Source of the DNA: the human T2T-CHM13v2.0 reference genome, Homo sapiens
Assembly (NCBI GenBank): GCA_009914755.4
Contig: CP086569.2
Location: forward strand, 10,080,001 to 10,144,000
Length of the DNA: 64,000 bases
Direction of reading: 5' to 3'
A program made the translations under genes and the position numbers. The notes under the pieces are model-generated. The model worked only from the letters and a program-made list of their open reading frames with translations, was not told the origin of the DNA and searched no databases. Numbering within the stretch: the first letter of the stretch is position 1; the number at the start of each line of letters is the position of its first letter. Below, piece after piece: positions 26,545 to 40,550 of this stretch.

Positions 26545-28999
26545 TGTTTGCACTTTGCAGAAGGGATTTGGGTCCTCTGACAGGAATCACTGAACATTGT
26601 TTGGACCCCAGGACAAAGCAGCTCATTCTCTCAGTGAGCCTTGATTTATCTTTGCTTTCATGAGGAATCTACAGTGGCTCTTGATGGTACTGCTGGACAC
26701 CCTTTTCAGGATTGCTATCACCACAGACGGCCTTTGAGACACTGACTCAACATCATCTGCAACTGTGAGAAGCCAATCAGAGGTGTGAGAACACAGCTCC
26801 ACCTTGGTCTTGCCGTTGTCATGGTTACTGCCTTTCCCTGAGAGCCTCTGTGAGGCCCAGGATGAAGAGAGACAGTGTGGTAAAGAGAACAACCATCTTT
26901 CACTGACGCCAGCCTCTGGGGTCTCAGGTATGATCCTATCACCCAAAGAACCCTAAAAAACACACCAGGCTATATTCCAAATCCCATGGGACTTGATTCT
27001 TGCACACAGCCTCTTTTGGGAATATAATTAGAGTAGAAGTTTCCAGCAACAAACTCACAGTCTTAAAATGCCTCCTTCTCCAGCAGGAAGCAATCACAGA
27101 TGGCACAAAAGGGGTCCTGGGAAGTTGAGACTTTTAAGGTCCCACAGTAGGTTTCACAGGTAGCCTTTTTTTTCTGGTACTGGGCTTGCTCTGCCTATAC
27201 CATTTTCCTCTGCCTAGGCAGGCTGACAGCTCTGACAGCTGGACACTTTAGTCTTCCTCACAAATGAGTACGCCCTAGTCCTAGGGCATGAGGCCTGATT
27301 GTGAGCTCTGGCTAGTATCACAATGAATGCACTACTGCCTAGAGACAAGCCTCCAAGGCTTGGCTGAGAAGGAGAACTCCTTGGAGGTTGTGTCAGCAGT
27401 GGACTCTTGCCTGTCTTCTCTGTGGGGTCCATAGTATGATCCCATGATCCTAGGAGAGGGCAGACGTGTGCCTACCTTAAGAAACCTCAAGCAGAGCCCA
27501 AGGAATAAACCGCGAAATACCTAAAAATCCAAAGGACCTGCAGGATTTTTCATGCTTGCCTAGATGTTGTAGGGTTGAGTCTGGAACGCAACCCAACTGT
27601 GCTCTCCAGGGTTGCTCTCTCACAGATGGTGCTTCCTACAGAACCTCAGAGCCTCAGAAGCTGCCGGGCTGTGTGTTTCTTTGGGAGTGTTGTGAGTGTT
27701 GTATGTCTGTGTGTGTGTTTGGCATTGTGTGTGTGTGTGTGTGTGTGTGTGAGTGCACTTGTAAATGGAGGTTGCTTAAAGGAATGTGGCTAATGCACAT
27801 AAGTGCTTCTTTTTGTTTGTTTGTTTTTGCTCTCTTAACCTTTTGATAGCCTGTCCGTGCATCTGCTTGGGCTGTGGGGCTCTGTGTTCTTTATTTTTTT
27901 GTGGATTATGAATACATAGTAAATTGAGAGGCTGGCTAAGACCTGCCAGAAACCAAATCAACTTCCCTCTATAAAAACAGCCACTCTTCTCGAAAGAAGA
28001 GGAGCACATCACACCTAAAAGCAGACATCTCCCAGTGTTTCATTGTAATGAGGCCAATCCGGGGATAGACACTAGCAGTCCTATCTGCAGTGCCAATTGA
28101 ATTTACCTTGAATTCCATTCCCAGCTGAGCAGGTGCTACAGGTCTTGAGCGGGTATTCCTCCATCATCTTGGGATTTCATTCTCAGACAGAGTGTGAGCA
28201 GAAATAAGATCAGATTGGGATGAGGATGCAATCTTCTGAGGGGTGAATGAGGACCCACACCTTCATCTGCAAAACACATGAAGACAGTTGACAGAGAATT
28301 TGCTTCCAACAGCATACCCACATTCCTTTAACTGTACAACTAGTCCACAACATGGCCCAGTATTCAGGTGGGAGTATTCAAATGCAAAGGGAACATTTGG
28401 AATGCAAACTGGGGCCATGCTGGCAAACCCCTGATTTTATGGCTTTCATACCCAGAGCCAAATAGGAGTGGGATGGGTTGATGCTTGGTGGCAGGTGGAC
28501 TCCATACTTCCCTTTTCTTTTTCTGACTTCCATGTTTCTCATCATCCTAGGGTATCCTGGGTCTGCCTCAACGTCTTCCATACTTAAAATTTTTCAGTTA
28601 ATTGCAAACAACCCTCATGGGAATCCATTGCAAGAGTGATTCCTTCTAAACACTGTCATGTTTTAATGACTGGGCAGCTGTGATACTTTTAAAACCATAA
28701 ATTCCCATTACTTCAGTCAACAAGGAAACTTGTTCACCCAGTTACATTGGAGGGCTGCATAATTCCTATAGGATGAGAAACAGGCAGCCCCACTGGCTTT
28801 TGAGTGGGAGTCTAGAATATATTTTATTGCATCTGCACATCCTTTCTCACTGTGTGTGACATTCATTGGGTTGTTGCTGGATGAGACTGCCTCTCACCGC
28901 AGATCTTTTCACTGCCAAAGATTTCAAGGAGCAAAAGGGATTTTGAGTAGGCTGGCAGCACTCCAGGTTGTGGGTCAGGTCTGTTTTTGGAGGCTGGGT
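26545..28999. repeat. Macrosatellite unit 9 (2455 bp)
   Basis: All landmark blocks in canonical order. Confidence 0.8.
27726..27752. repeat. (GT)n microsatellite in unit 9
   Basis: Direct read. Confidence 0.9.
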
Positions 29000-30199
29000 T
29001 TTTTGCAAATTGGAGAAGGCTTTTTGTGTGCTGACAGGAATCTTTGAATGTTGCTTTGACTCCAACACAAGGCAGCTCATTCTAGCAGTTGAGCCTTGAT
29101 TTATCTTTATTCTCATGGAGAATCCACAGTGCCTCTCAATAGCACTACTGGACAGCCTTTTCAGGCTTGTAATCACCACAGTTGGCCTTGAAGACACTGT
29201 CTGAACCTCTTCTGCACCTGTGAGAAGAGAGTCCGAGGTGTAAGAACACTGCTTCATCTTGGACTTGCTGTGTTGTGGTTCCTACCTTTCTGAGACAGGA
29301 CTGCAAGGGCCAAAATGAAGGGAAGCATCAAGGTCGAAGGCATGACCATCTTTTCCTAACACCCACCTCTGGAATCTCAGGTATGATTCCATCATCCAAA
29401 GACCCCTCAACCTCTGATCAGACTATATTCCAATCCCCATGGGCAAAGATTCTTTGACACAGCCTCTTTCAGGAATGGAGTCTGAATATCGTTTCCATGG
29501 ACCACCTCACAGTCTCAAAACACTGCCTTGTTCAGTGGGACCTGACCACAAAGACTGCCTGAAGGTGCGGTAATGCTGAGACTTTTAGAGTTTTGCAGAG
29601 TTTATCAGAGGCATCATTTTTTTTGACATCAGGCCACTACTGCCTATAATATTTTCCTCTGTTTAGGAAGGCTGACAGCTCTGACAACAGGACACCAGAG
29701 CCTGCCTCACCAATGCAATGCACTAGTCTCAGGGCACCAGGCCTGAGCTGTGAGCTCTGGCTAGCATCACAATGAATGCCACCATTGCCTAGCGACAAGT
29801 CCCTGCCATAAGGTAGAGAAGTAGCCCTTCGTGGAGGTGCACAGACCATGGATTCTTGCCTTCTTCTGTGTGGGGTCCACAGGATATTCCCATAGTTCTA
29901 GGAGAGGACAGACATTAGCCTGCCTAAAGAAACATCAAGCAGAGCCCCAGGAATAAACTGTGGAATTCCTAACGATTCAAAAAGATTTGCAGGATGCATC
30001 AGACCTGCCTAGACATTGTAAGGGTGAGTCTTTTTGAAATTTGCCCCACTGTGATTTCTAGGTACAGCCCATTTGTGTTGCCCGGAGTTGCTATCTCCCA
30101 GATGGGGCTTCGTGCAGAGCCACGCAGCCTCAGAAGCTGCCAGGATGTGTGTTTCTATGAAAGTAATGTGAATGTTGAATGTCTGTGTATGTGTGTGGC

Positions 30200-30238
<39 letters not shown>

Positions 30239-31386
30239 ACCTATAAGTAGAATCTGCTTAAAGCAATGTGGCTAATGCACTGCAGCACTTTTTTTTTTTT
30301 CAGTCTTCCAACATTTTGTTGGCCTGTCTGTGGCTCTGCTTGGGCTGCTGTCCATCCTTTTCTTTATCATTTTGTGGAGTTTGAATCTGCAGTGAATTGG
30401 GATGCTGGCTCAGACCTGCCGGAATCCAAATTACTCTCATCTGTAAAACAGCCACTCTTCTAGAAAGAAGAGAAGCACACCACAAACACAAAGAGACATC
30501 TTCCAGTGTTTCATTGTCCTGGGGCCAACCCATAGAGAGACACTAATAGTCATGTCCACCTTCAATTTACTTCGAATTCATTTCCCAGCCTAGCAGGTGC
30601 TTCAGGTCATGAGGGGTTACTCTTTCATCATCTTGTGGTTTCATTTTGGGATAGAGAATGTGAACAACAACAAGGTTAAATAGGGGTTGGGATACAATCT
30701 GATGAGGGGTGGAAAGAGACCCACACATTCACCTGCAAAAAATGTGAAGATAGTTGACACAAAAGTTGCTTCCAACAGCACCACAGCATTTCTTTCATTT
30801 CTCAAGCAGTTTACAACATGGCACAGTGTTCATGTGGGAGTTCTCCAATATGTAGGGAACATTTCAGATGCAAAATTGGGCCATCCTGGCAAACTCCCAA
30901 GTTGAGGGATTTCATACCCATAGTCAAATGGGAGTTGGATGGACTGATGCTGGGTGGGATGTGGCCTCCACACTTCCCTCTTCTTTTCATGATTTTGGTG
31001 TTCCTTGTCAGCCTAGGGTTTTCTGGGTGTGGCTCACCATTTTCCATACTAAACGTTTTCTGCTCCATGAAGAACGACCTACGTGGGAATCCATTGTGTG
31101 ATTGTTTCCTTCAAAATACTGTCAAGTTTTAAAGACTGGGCAGCTTTGATAGTTTTAAAACTATAAATTCCAGCTATAGCTGCTAACAAGGAAACTCTTG
31201 TTCTCCCACTTTTATTGGATGGCTGCATGATTCCTGTGGGATGAGAAAGAGGCAACCATGTCTGGCTTTTGCCTGGTAATCCAGCCTCTGTTTCATTTCA
31301 TCTGCACAACCTTCTCATTGTGGAAGGGTTCTTTCATCGGGCTGTTGGTGGATGGGACTGCCTCTCATCACAATTATTTAGCTGCC
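29000..31386. repeat. Macrosatellite unit 10, the last unit. The array ends about 90 bp short of a full unit.
   Basis: Homology to the other units runs through 'gggactgcctctcatcacaattatttagctgcc' at about 31386. After that the sequence is unrelated and AT-rich. Confidence 0.75.
30203..30237. repeat. (GT)n microsatellite in unit 10
   Basis: Direct read. Confidence 0.9.
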
Positions 31387-33185
31387 CTGAAATACATACT
31401 TTAGTAAACAATTTAGCACTTGTAATTTTTCAACTTTGTTTTCAGCGGAAGTTAATGATGTATGGCATTTCTAGTAGGTAAATGAATGTCTGAATTGTTG
31501 TGAGTTACTTTAGTCACTTCTCAGCTAACAATTTAAGTTATCAAAGGTCTTTACTTGTGCAATATCATAAATGATGGATATTAAAAATTAATAGAATGGA
31601 TCTAACTAAAAGCTGCCATCTAACGTGATATTTTTCAGGAAGATGACAGCAGTAATTATGCCAAAAAATAGTCATTCTCTTAGTTTGACCCATAATAGCA
31701 ATTTCCAACCAAAGATTCCACAGGCAGGGTCCAGATCTGGGCAACAGTTATTAACATAATGGTTATTGTTGAGAATAAATTTTGATACGTCTAGCTGTGC
31801 TTGAATGTCAGTGCTTTGAAGGGACAGGTTTGGCGTATTAATAAGAAAGGGTGCATTGGACTGAATACTAATAAATGAATTGTTTTTCTTATCTTCTATA
31901 ACATGAAAGTTCAATTTGAGATATAGAAACACTGGAACATTTCACAGCATGGCCTGACATTTCACTGCGTTTTTATTTTTTAACGATGTACAAAGTTCAT
32001 TAAATACACAAAGGTAGGACTGCTACAGGAAGAAAGTGGTGGAGTCAGAGGTCACAATCCAAAGCAAGGTGACAGTCTCTTGACGAAGACACCCTGAGTG
32101 CTGAATTAAGGTGAGAATCAACTTTCAGCTGTTAACAGGGGACAGGGAGAATGAAGTTATCAGCAGTTAACATTATTGGATTAATTGAAATGAATGTTGA
32201 CAGAGATTTTATTGGCTTTACATCAAATGGAGTATAGTACTTCAAATTGCGTATTTGATGAGGGTAAACTCTTATCAATTTGCCACATGTAAAATTGAGA
32301 ATTAATTAAGAGATTACACAACCCATACATTATGGGTATCTCATATAAATTTAAATACACATGTGCAAACTTGCAGTGTGCAAATATTTGTCTATACCTA
32401 AATATATCCAAATCCATTGATGAACAGTTAGAAATTTAGAAATTATTCTCCCATTTTATCATTCCCTTTCCTAGAATTTGGTCACAAATATAATTTTTCC
32501 ATCTCTTTGAATCCTACTCTCTGGAGGTATGTAATGTATGGACACAGTAAAGCCTTGAGATATCACAGGGTTTGTATCAGAGAAAATAATAACACTGGTG
32601 TTACAAAAGATCCACTGTGAGGAGAAAGATATATTTAACATGATTACAAATACAGAAGTATTATTTCATCAAAAGCTGATATCAGTGAATACAATTTGTT
32701 TTTAATGTTTTATTTAAAATATTTAATATCAGAAGAATTTCTTGAGTAGAATAATGATATTGGTAAGAAATAATGATTCAGAATTTCCTTTAATTTGTTG
32801 ATTATTTAAAATGTAAGTGAAATACTAAAAAGTACTGTATAATGTAGTTTCATGAAGCATTCTCTATGGTTTTATAAAATTAATAGTCAATGAAATTTTT
32901 TGACACAGAAATTTCCTTATATAATTTATTATTTATTATTGTACTTTCACTTTATTACTTGCATGTCATAACTGATAGAAATAAAAATATTTTCATTTAC
33001 ACATATACAAAACATCGATTTTTGTTTATGTTCTCTAGTGAGAGAAAGTCACCAATAATTTTATCTATGTAGGAAAATTTTGACAAGCCGAAAGTTCTTA
33101 ACATTCTTTTCTTTTGAAGTTTCATATTTCAGTCTAGGTATGAGATCAAATTGACTGTGATTATTTTTTGATTTCACTATGACTA

Positions 33186-33292
33186 CTGAGTTTCTGATAT
33201 TGTGCTTTATATATATATATAGTGTTATATATATAGTGTTTTTATATATAGTGTGTGTTTATATATATATATATATATATACAGTGACACTC
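33186..33292. repeat. (TA)n / (TATATAGTGT)n simple repeat
   Basis: Direct read. Confidence 0.85.
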
Positions 33293-34705
33293 TCCTTAAC
33301 CCAGATGGACTCCTTGTCCTCACTACATGGTCATGGCTCAAAGTATTACTCCTGGTGCCCCAGCCACTGTTTCCAGGTGCAGAGATTGACCAGCATACCC
33401 CTGAGTCCTTGTCCTCCAGTCCAAGTAATATCCATAGAAATAATAAAAGGGTGGCATATTAGTCTTCATGACATTTTTAAGGCTGACCTGTTTATAAGCA
33501 TTTCATGCAGATATTTATGACTTTACCTCATTTATTTAACTTATTTATAGTGCTAATTTCAAAATCAATTTTTGCTTGAGAGTTATTTCAACATACAACC
33601 AAATGTTCAGAGCTATGACACAGGTTTCAAGCTTAAAAGTCTGTATCTGATATTACATTGGGTAAAACCCATCCAACACTTATAAAAATAAGTAATTATT
33701 AGGCATGGCCACTGTAATGATCTAAAACACACTTTGAAATTCTTTGCAAACCAATTTGAAAATATTCCTGATGTGACAGAACACAGTACTTGCTTCTAAT
33801 TAATAGAAAACAGTGAAAGCATTTTCTGGATATTGGGCCACCTCTGGCCTAGGCTAGAAAAGGTGACACAGCTCTGCCTAAGTCTCCTGCTGTCATGGGG
33901 ACAAACCCCTCAGGAGCCCCAGACCAGTACATCATGAAGTCTAACACCCTGATAACACTATGCAGAATGGACATCCCATGGAGAGACTCATAGAAATAAA
34001 AGGAGATGCCTGAGGATCTCAGCAGCCCAACCTCCACTATTTGAGTTATGCTAGCCATGGCACCAGGGAAATAAGAAGACACCTGGCAATGTCCCCATCC
34101 TGAGCCATCACTAGATTGTATCCTCCTGAGTGCCCCTGAACCACAATCATTTGGCTGAGAGACTGTGGAAGATTTTAGAGACTGAGAGTTAATAAATTAT
34201 AATTATTGTTTGAAGCCACTAACTTTCTGATAATTTTGAAAAGCACTTTAGACTCCTAGAAAAACTGAGTTGTCTACTGATTTGAGTAATTTTAGAGAGC
34301 TTTAAAGGCCAACTTCATGAATGCTAATACCTTGGAAAAGTCAAACAATCAAGACTATTCTAAACACAACAGATATTTAATTTCCCTTTGCTATGGCTGG
34401 AGAATAATCTAACATGTATCTGACAGAGTACTTTGAAAGACTCTGTTCACATCTCTTTTCTGGGTATGTGCCAACTCTGGTCTGCTTTAATTTTAGTCAA
34501 CTGCAGCAACTCATATATCATTTTAGGTCCTGGCCTACACTGATCTTTAATCACTGACTGTGTCTGTGTCTGTGTCTGTATGTATTGTGTGTTATCATAT
34601 TTTATCCAAAGGGGCTAAATAACAGTGCTATAGTGGTTTCATAATCATAAAGCATTCCAGGAACACAATATTGCTTATCAACTGAGCTTTAAAACAGATA
34701 TGAGG

Positions 34706-35015
34706 CAGGACATGGTGGCTCACACCTGCACTCCCAGCAATTTGGCAAGCCAAGGTGGGTGGATCTCTTGATGTCAGGAGTTTGTGATAAGCCTGGCCAA
34801 CATGGCAAGATCCCATGTCTAATATCATAGCAAAGCTAGCCAGGCTTGGTGTCCCATGAATATAATCTCATCTATGTGGGAGGCTGATGCAGGAGAATCC
34901 ACTGAAACGCTGAGACAGAGTTTGCGGTGAAGTAAGATGACACCACTGCACTCCATCCTGGGCACCAGAGCCAAGACACTGTCTCAGAAATAAAAATGAA
35001 ATAAAATAATAAAAT
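34706..35015 (+). mobile_element. Alu (older, AluS/J-like)
   Basis: 'ggcaggacatggtggctcacacctgcactcccagcaatttgg...' with an A-rich tail. Confidence 0.85.
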
Positions 35016-35044
35016 AGACAGGAGAGATCACTGAGAAAAGAAAC

Positions 35045-35360
35045 ACATAAAACTGGGTGGGCATTGTGGCTTATGACTGAAATCCCAGCATTTTAAGAGG
35101 CTAAGGTGGGTGGATGGCTTGAGGAAAGGAGCTTGAGACCAGCCTGAGCAAATATTGTGAAACCTGGTCTTTACTAAAAGTGCAGAAAAAAAAAAAAAAG
35201 CTAAGATTGTTGTCACATGCCTGCAGTCATAGCTACTCGGGAGGGTGTGACTGGAGAACTGCTGGAACCCAGGATGGGAAGGTTGCAGTGAGCTGAGATC
35301 ATGCCACTGCACTCCAGCCTAGGCAACAGAGCAGGATTCCATCTAAAAATATTAAACAGA
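35045..35360 (+). mobile_element. Alu
   Basis: 'gggtgggcattgtggcttatgactgaaatcccagcattttaagaggctaaggtggg...gcactccagcctaggcaacagagcagg'. Confidence 0.85.
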
Positions 35361-35376
35361 GATACAGAGATAGAGG

Positions 35377-35379
35377 AAA

Positions 35380-35437
<58 letters not shown>

Positions 35438-35441
35438 AGAT

Positions 35442-35496
<55 letters not shown>

Positions 35497-35570
35497 AGGA
35501 AAGAAAGAAGGAAAGAAGGAAAGAAAGACAGGGAGAAGGGAGGGAGGGAAGAAGGGAGGGAGAAAAAGAG
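35377..35570. repeat. (GAAA)n tetranucleotide microsatellite grading into (GGGA/GGAA)n, derived from the Alu tail
   Basis: Direct read. It also explains the 'ERKK' and 'FLSF' repeat ORFs seen in six frames at 35213-35637. Confidence 0.95.
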
Positions 35571-36249
35571 AATGAAAGGCATGAAACCAAAAGGAAATGA
35601 ATAAAAATAAAAACATGATTTTACTCATTATCCACATGAATTTTGAACTATGTTTACATTAATATTTTATGTTTAAAATAATATTAATAATATTTAGGTC
35701 TCTGGTGGACTAACAGAAATGTTAAAATAAGCTGGTGTATATTTGACAATACTCAAGTAACTATGAGTATTGTCAAAATTACTCATGTAACTAAGCTTCT
35801 TGGAAGAGCTGAAACCTAGTTTCCAACAACCAAACACAATTGACATTTGTCATCAAATTGCACACTATTAGGGGCAGGGTAGTCTGTATTATGCTGCCTA
35901 GTCCATATTAAATTAAAAGTGCAATCAAATCTGCAAAAGATTTTCCATTTACTATTACCAGTAATGATTGTTTTGTTTCCTGACTTGTGGAGAGTTTTAT
36001 TCCCATAGCTTTGATGGCTCTGGCAGAAAGCCTTCCTGTTCCAAACTCACCACTTATCATCATAGTACCCGCGTTCAGGCATTAAGAAGAAAAGAGCATC
36101 CAATCCCTCTGCTTTCCTGCATCGGCTCCCATGCACAAGCAAATGTGTTGTGTTAGTGGCTATCAAATATTCATGTATTTGATCAAGGAAATTTGTATTT
36201 CCAAATGGTAAAACAAAAATACTACTATCAGTTGTATTTTTATTATTTA

Positions 36250-36395
36250 TTTACTTAGAGTGAGGGTCTTGCTCTGTCAACAGTCTGAATTATACATCAC
36301 TGTAGTCTAACACTTTTGGGCTCAGAGGATCCTCCAACATCAACTTCCTAAAGTACTGAAATTATAGACTTTAGCCATTGTACCCAGCCTCAAGT
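36250..36395 (-). mobile_element. Partial, diverged Alu-like SINE fragment
   Basis: Reverse complement of the Alu 3' half ('gagtgagggtcttgctctgtcaacag...ccattgtacccagcc'). Confidence 0.5.
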
Positions 36396-38217
36396 TTAGA
36401 GATAAAGACTAACGAAGATATTGTAAAGCATGTAAATAAACATAATTGCAGGTTATCTACAGAGCTGTAAGAAACCACTGAAAAACTGCCATTGTGGACA
36501 AGGCTCCTGGCAAAAATGTAATGCAAACAAAGGAATGGGTCCTTCCCAATGAGCCTTCAGATAATACCAGAGACCAGCATGGCATTTCCATTGCTGCTTT
36601 TTGACAGAACATGAAACCTAGTTGTGTGCGTTTTGTGTGTGTGTATAAGCATACATTCACAACCAGTTGAACAATCTAGGATCACCCACACAGTGGAATA
36701 TGATGCAGCTCTTTGTATATATGGTAGAATGCATCCTGAATCTGTCAGTTTCTTGGCTTTTTTTTTTTTGGCTGGTAGGTTATTTATTAGTAATGATTCA
36801 ATTTCAGAAATTGAAATTGGACAGGCTGGAGCTGAGACCGGGTTCACTTTGATTCTGTTGTGGAACAGAGAATGGCATGGCTGTAATTTTGGCTGTGATG
36901 ATTACTGGAAGGTCTCTGCACAAATGGGCTAGTTTTCTGCCTGCAGCAGGAGGCTCTGGGGCTGAAAATCAGCTCCCTTGACATTGCTGTTGAACAGATC
37001 ATTTAGAACCTGGTCTGGGCTAAGAAAGTTGCATTTGCCCAGAAAGTTTCTCAAAGAGCTTATAATTCCCTGACATAGGGAAGAACCAGAGCTGAGAGTG
37101 GGTTCTCCCAATAGGGAACAAAGGCTGGAGAGTCTAGATCCATTTTCTGCTGGAGAGAGCCTGGATAGACTACATTCATTGGCTCAGACAGGCAAGTTCC
37201 CCAGCATGGTAGTTGTTTCTGAGCAGCAGAGGGAGGAGCTGGAACTGAGACTGGGATTCTCGGTTTCTCAATAAAATCATGTGCTCTAGAGATTCTAACA
37301 CCCCAGTGATTTCCATTAGATATATCAGAAGTGAACATCCTTCCAGAGGTAACAAGGCTTATTATATAAGCTACTTGCCCTCTGGGTCCAGTTAGAGCCA
37401 GCAACTTCATCCTTAACCACTAAACTGCCTAAACTGCCTCTGATATTCAGCCTGGGGATGGGTGGAGCACACAGGGCTAAGATGGTCAAAAGTATGATAG
37501 CCTAGATTGGGTGGGGTCACATGAACATTCTGTGGGTAATTACCAAGCTGCCTCTTTGTCACAGCCTGGGAAGTTCTGCAGAGAAAGCCAGGGTGGGATT
37601 TGGCAGTTGGCCAATGATTTGAGCCTGGCAGACCAATCAACCACGGTTGGTTGCTGCAGAATGATGTTGTTGCCTAGTTTCTCTGGTGGTTCTCCTCTGC
37701 TGGCTGGAATGCAAAGCCACCAGTAAGATTACTTTCATGGTCAATGTGAGCCCCATCCATGTAGTTTGTTTCTACCTGACCCCAGTTGTCTGATACCCTC
37801 GATGTTACCCACTGGGTAAGACTAGAGAGAACATCATGTGAAGAATTGCAAAATGGAAAAGAAAAGCCTGAATGTGCACTTTCAACTCTCTCCAATCTGA
37901 AGAAACTGTGAGTCCAGGGAAATGTTTTTCATATGCAACACTGTGCTGGCTTGGGGAGAAAAAAAACTTCAAATTAAAACTGTTCTTTTATCCTATGTGT
38001 ATGGCTATTCTATGTTCTACAGTCAAAAAAGGTGTCATAGATTCAATCCCAAGTTATAGAATCATTCACTAAGGTGTCCTTATCTAAGGATATTTGTGAG
38101 CTGAGTTTTTGTTTGTTTGTTTTTTTGTTTTTGTGGAGAGGGTAGGAATTAGCAGAATCACAGAATGCCTACTCTGTCACTTCAGATCCCAGAAACAGGC
38201 AAGTTAAAAGAATGGTC

Positions 38218-38520
38218 TATGCTGATCACAGTGGCTCACACCTGTAACTCCAGCACTTTGGGAGGATGAGGTGGGCATATCACAAGTTCAGGAGGTTGAG
38301 ACCATCCTGGCTAAAATGGTGAAATCTCCTCTCTATTAAACATACCAAAAAAGAAAAAAATCAGCCAGGCCTGGTGGCATGTGCCTGTAGTCCCAGCTAC
38401 TTGGAAGGTTGAGGCAGGAATATATCTTGAACCCAGCAGATGGAGGTCAAAGTGAGCTGAGATCATGCCACTTCCCTCCAACATGGGTGACAGAGTGAGA
38501 CTCAATCTCAAAAAAAAAAA
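38218..38520 (+). mobile_element. Alu
   Basis: 'gatcacagtggctcacacctgtaactccagcactttgggagg...' with a polyA tail at 38510-38520. Confidence 0.9.
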
Positions 38521-39471
38521 ATACTGGTCCTAAGGGAGGAGTTTAAAATGTTGTGGTGCTTCCATGGAGAACCTGAAAGCTAGAGTAAGCCAAGGGTTGG
38601 ATTTAAGGACAATTTCACGGGACCACCGAAAACCACTTTTTTTTTCCTCTGTGGAACAAAGGAAACAGTGAATGCTGAGCTCCACTGCTTACTGATATAG
38701 GCACATTATCAGCCAGAGATACATGGCTTATTCTGTTTGTGTTCCTATAAAAGAATGAGACTGGAACATTTATAAAGAAAAAAGCTTTCATTGGCTCCTG
38801 GTTCTGGAGGCTGTAAAAGATGTGTGGTCTCAGCATCTGCATCTGGTGAGAGTCTCATGAGGCTTCCACTCAGGACAGAAGGTAAAGGAAAACAGGCATG
38901 CCACATGTGGAGAGAGCAAGAGAGAGAATGGGAGACAGTATCAGGCTCTTTTGAACAACCTATTTGGATGTAAATTCCATTGTGGGAACTAATAGAGTGG
39001 AAAACTCACTTATTAACCATGGTGAGGGTGCCAAGCCATTTATGAGGGATCCAGCCCCACACTAGGTGTCATTTATAGTGTGGACAACCACATTTCAACC
39101 TGAGGCTTGGAGGGAAAAATATTTAAACTACAAAAATAAGCCAGTTTAATAGTCATGCAGAGTTATGGTAAAAAAAATCATTTTTCCTCTTCAAAACCCT
39201 GGGGCTACAAGATGCTGGGCTTCATTAGCTTCCAGAGATTGGCAAGTTAGTATTAAAACTCTTAGGCATCAAGCTGAGAAGTCAGGGAAATAGTTGGGTA
39301 GTTTGACTTCTTGGAAGGAAAATTTAGAAGCTCAGTATATTGCTAGAGTGAGTGACGATGAAGACTGATGGGAAATGCCTATGTGCCTGCTCTCAGAGGA
39401 CCTTGACAGATCCAAAAGTCAGGAGGATTAGAAGCAAGATACCTGGGCAGAAGCTATAAAAGTGAGGACAT

Positions 39472-39922
39472 GACTGGATGTGGTGGCCCATGTCTGTAAT
39501 CCTAGAACTTTGGGAGGCCAAGGAGGGGGATCACCTGAGGTCAGGAATTTGAGACCAGCGTGACCAACATGGTGAAACTTTTTCTTCACTAAAAAATACA
39601 AAAATTAGCCTGTCATAGTGGTGGTCACCTGTATTTCCAGCTACTCGGAAGGCTGAGGCAGGGGAATCACAGGAGGCAGGGGTTGCAATGAGCCAAGATC
39701 ATGCCATTGCACTTCAGCCCAGGTGACAGAGTAATACTCTGTCTCAAAAGAAATGAAAAAACAAAAAAAGAGTCAAGCCATTAGATGTACAATCTAAGTT
39801 ATTTGAGGTACAAAGTGGGAGCTGAGATTTTTGACTACTTGAGATCCCTTAAGCCAGGGGGAAACCATTTCAGAAGTGCTTGAATGTCTATTTAAATCCC
39901 CATTTTTTCTTGGAGGTCCTAG
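39472..39922. repeat. Segmental-duplication copy A, left part (an Alu plus about 150 bp of unique sequence). It abuts the ERV9 5' LTR.
   Basis: '...agtcaagccattagatgtacaatctaagttatttgaggtacaaagtgggagctgag...gaaaccatttcagaagtgcttgaatgtctatttaaatcc...cttggaggtcctag' is homologous to 47764-48230. Confidence 0.8.
39473..39770 (+). mobile_element. Alu, part of the left flank of segmental-duplication copy A
   Basis: 'ggatgtggtggcccatgtctgtaatcctagaactttgggaggccaagg...'. Confidence 0.9.
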
Positions 39923-40529
39923 TGACAGGTGAAGCCACCTGGACTTCCTGGGTCAAGTGAGGACTTGGAGAACTTTTCCCTCTAGCTAAAGGATTGTAAA
40001 CACACCAGTCATCACTCTAAAAATGCACCAATCAGCACTCTGTGTCTAGCTAAAGGATTGTAAATGCACCAATCAGCACTCTCTAAAATGGAACAATAAG
40101 CACTCTGTAAAATGGACCAATCAGCACTCTGTAAAATGAGTCAATCAGCAGGTCGTGCATGGATCCAAATAAGGGAATAAAAGCTAGCCACCTCACCCAG
40201 CATCAGCCACCTTCTTGGGTCCCCTTCTAAGCTCTGGAAGTTTTGTTCTTTTGCTCTTCACAATAAATCTTGCTGCTGCTCATTGTTTGGGTCCACACCA
40301 CCTTTAAGAGCTGTAACACTCACTGTGAAGGTCTGCAGCTTCATTCTTGAAGTCATTGAGACCACAAGACCACTGGAAGGAAGAAAGTCTAGGCACATCT
40401 GAACATCTGAAGGAACAAACTCTGGATATGCCACTTTAAGAGCTGCGAAACTCACTGTGAAGGTACGCGGCTTCATTCTTGAAGTCAGCAAGACCAAGAA
40501 CCCACTAGAAGGAATAAATTCCAGACACA
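39923..40529 (+). repeat. ERV9 5' LTR (LTR12 family)
   Basis: Extent as described above. It ends '...ccagacaca' immediately before the primer-binding site. Confidence 0.8.
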
Positions 40530-40532
40530 TTA

Positions 40533-40550
40533 TGGCAACCATGAAGGGAC
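40533..40550 (+). promoter_or_regulatory. Primer-binding site, tRNA-Arg-like
   Basis: 'tggcaaccatgaagggac' matches about 15 of 18 bases against the TGGCGACCACGAAGGGAC complement of the tRNA-Arg 3' end. The tRNA sequence is quoted from memory. Confidence 0.55.

Noticed and set aside
35213-35637. Overlapping ORFs with 'FLSF' and 'ERKK' repeats
   Set aside because: They translate the (GAAA)n microsatellite that follows an Alu tail.
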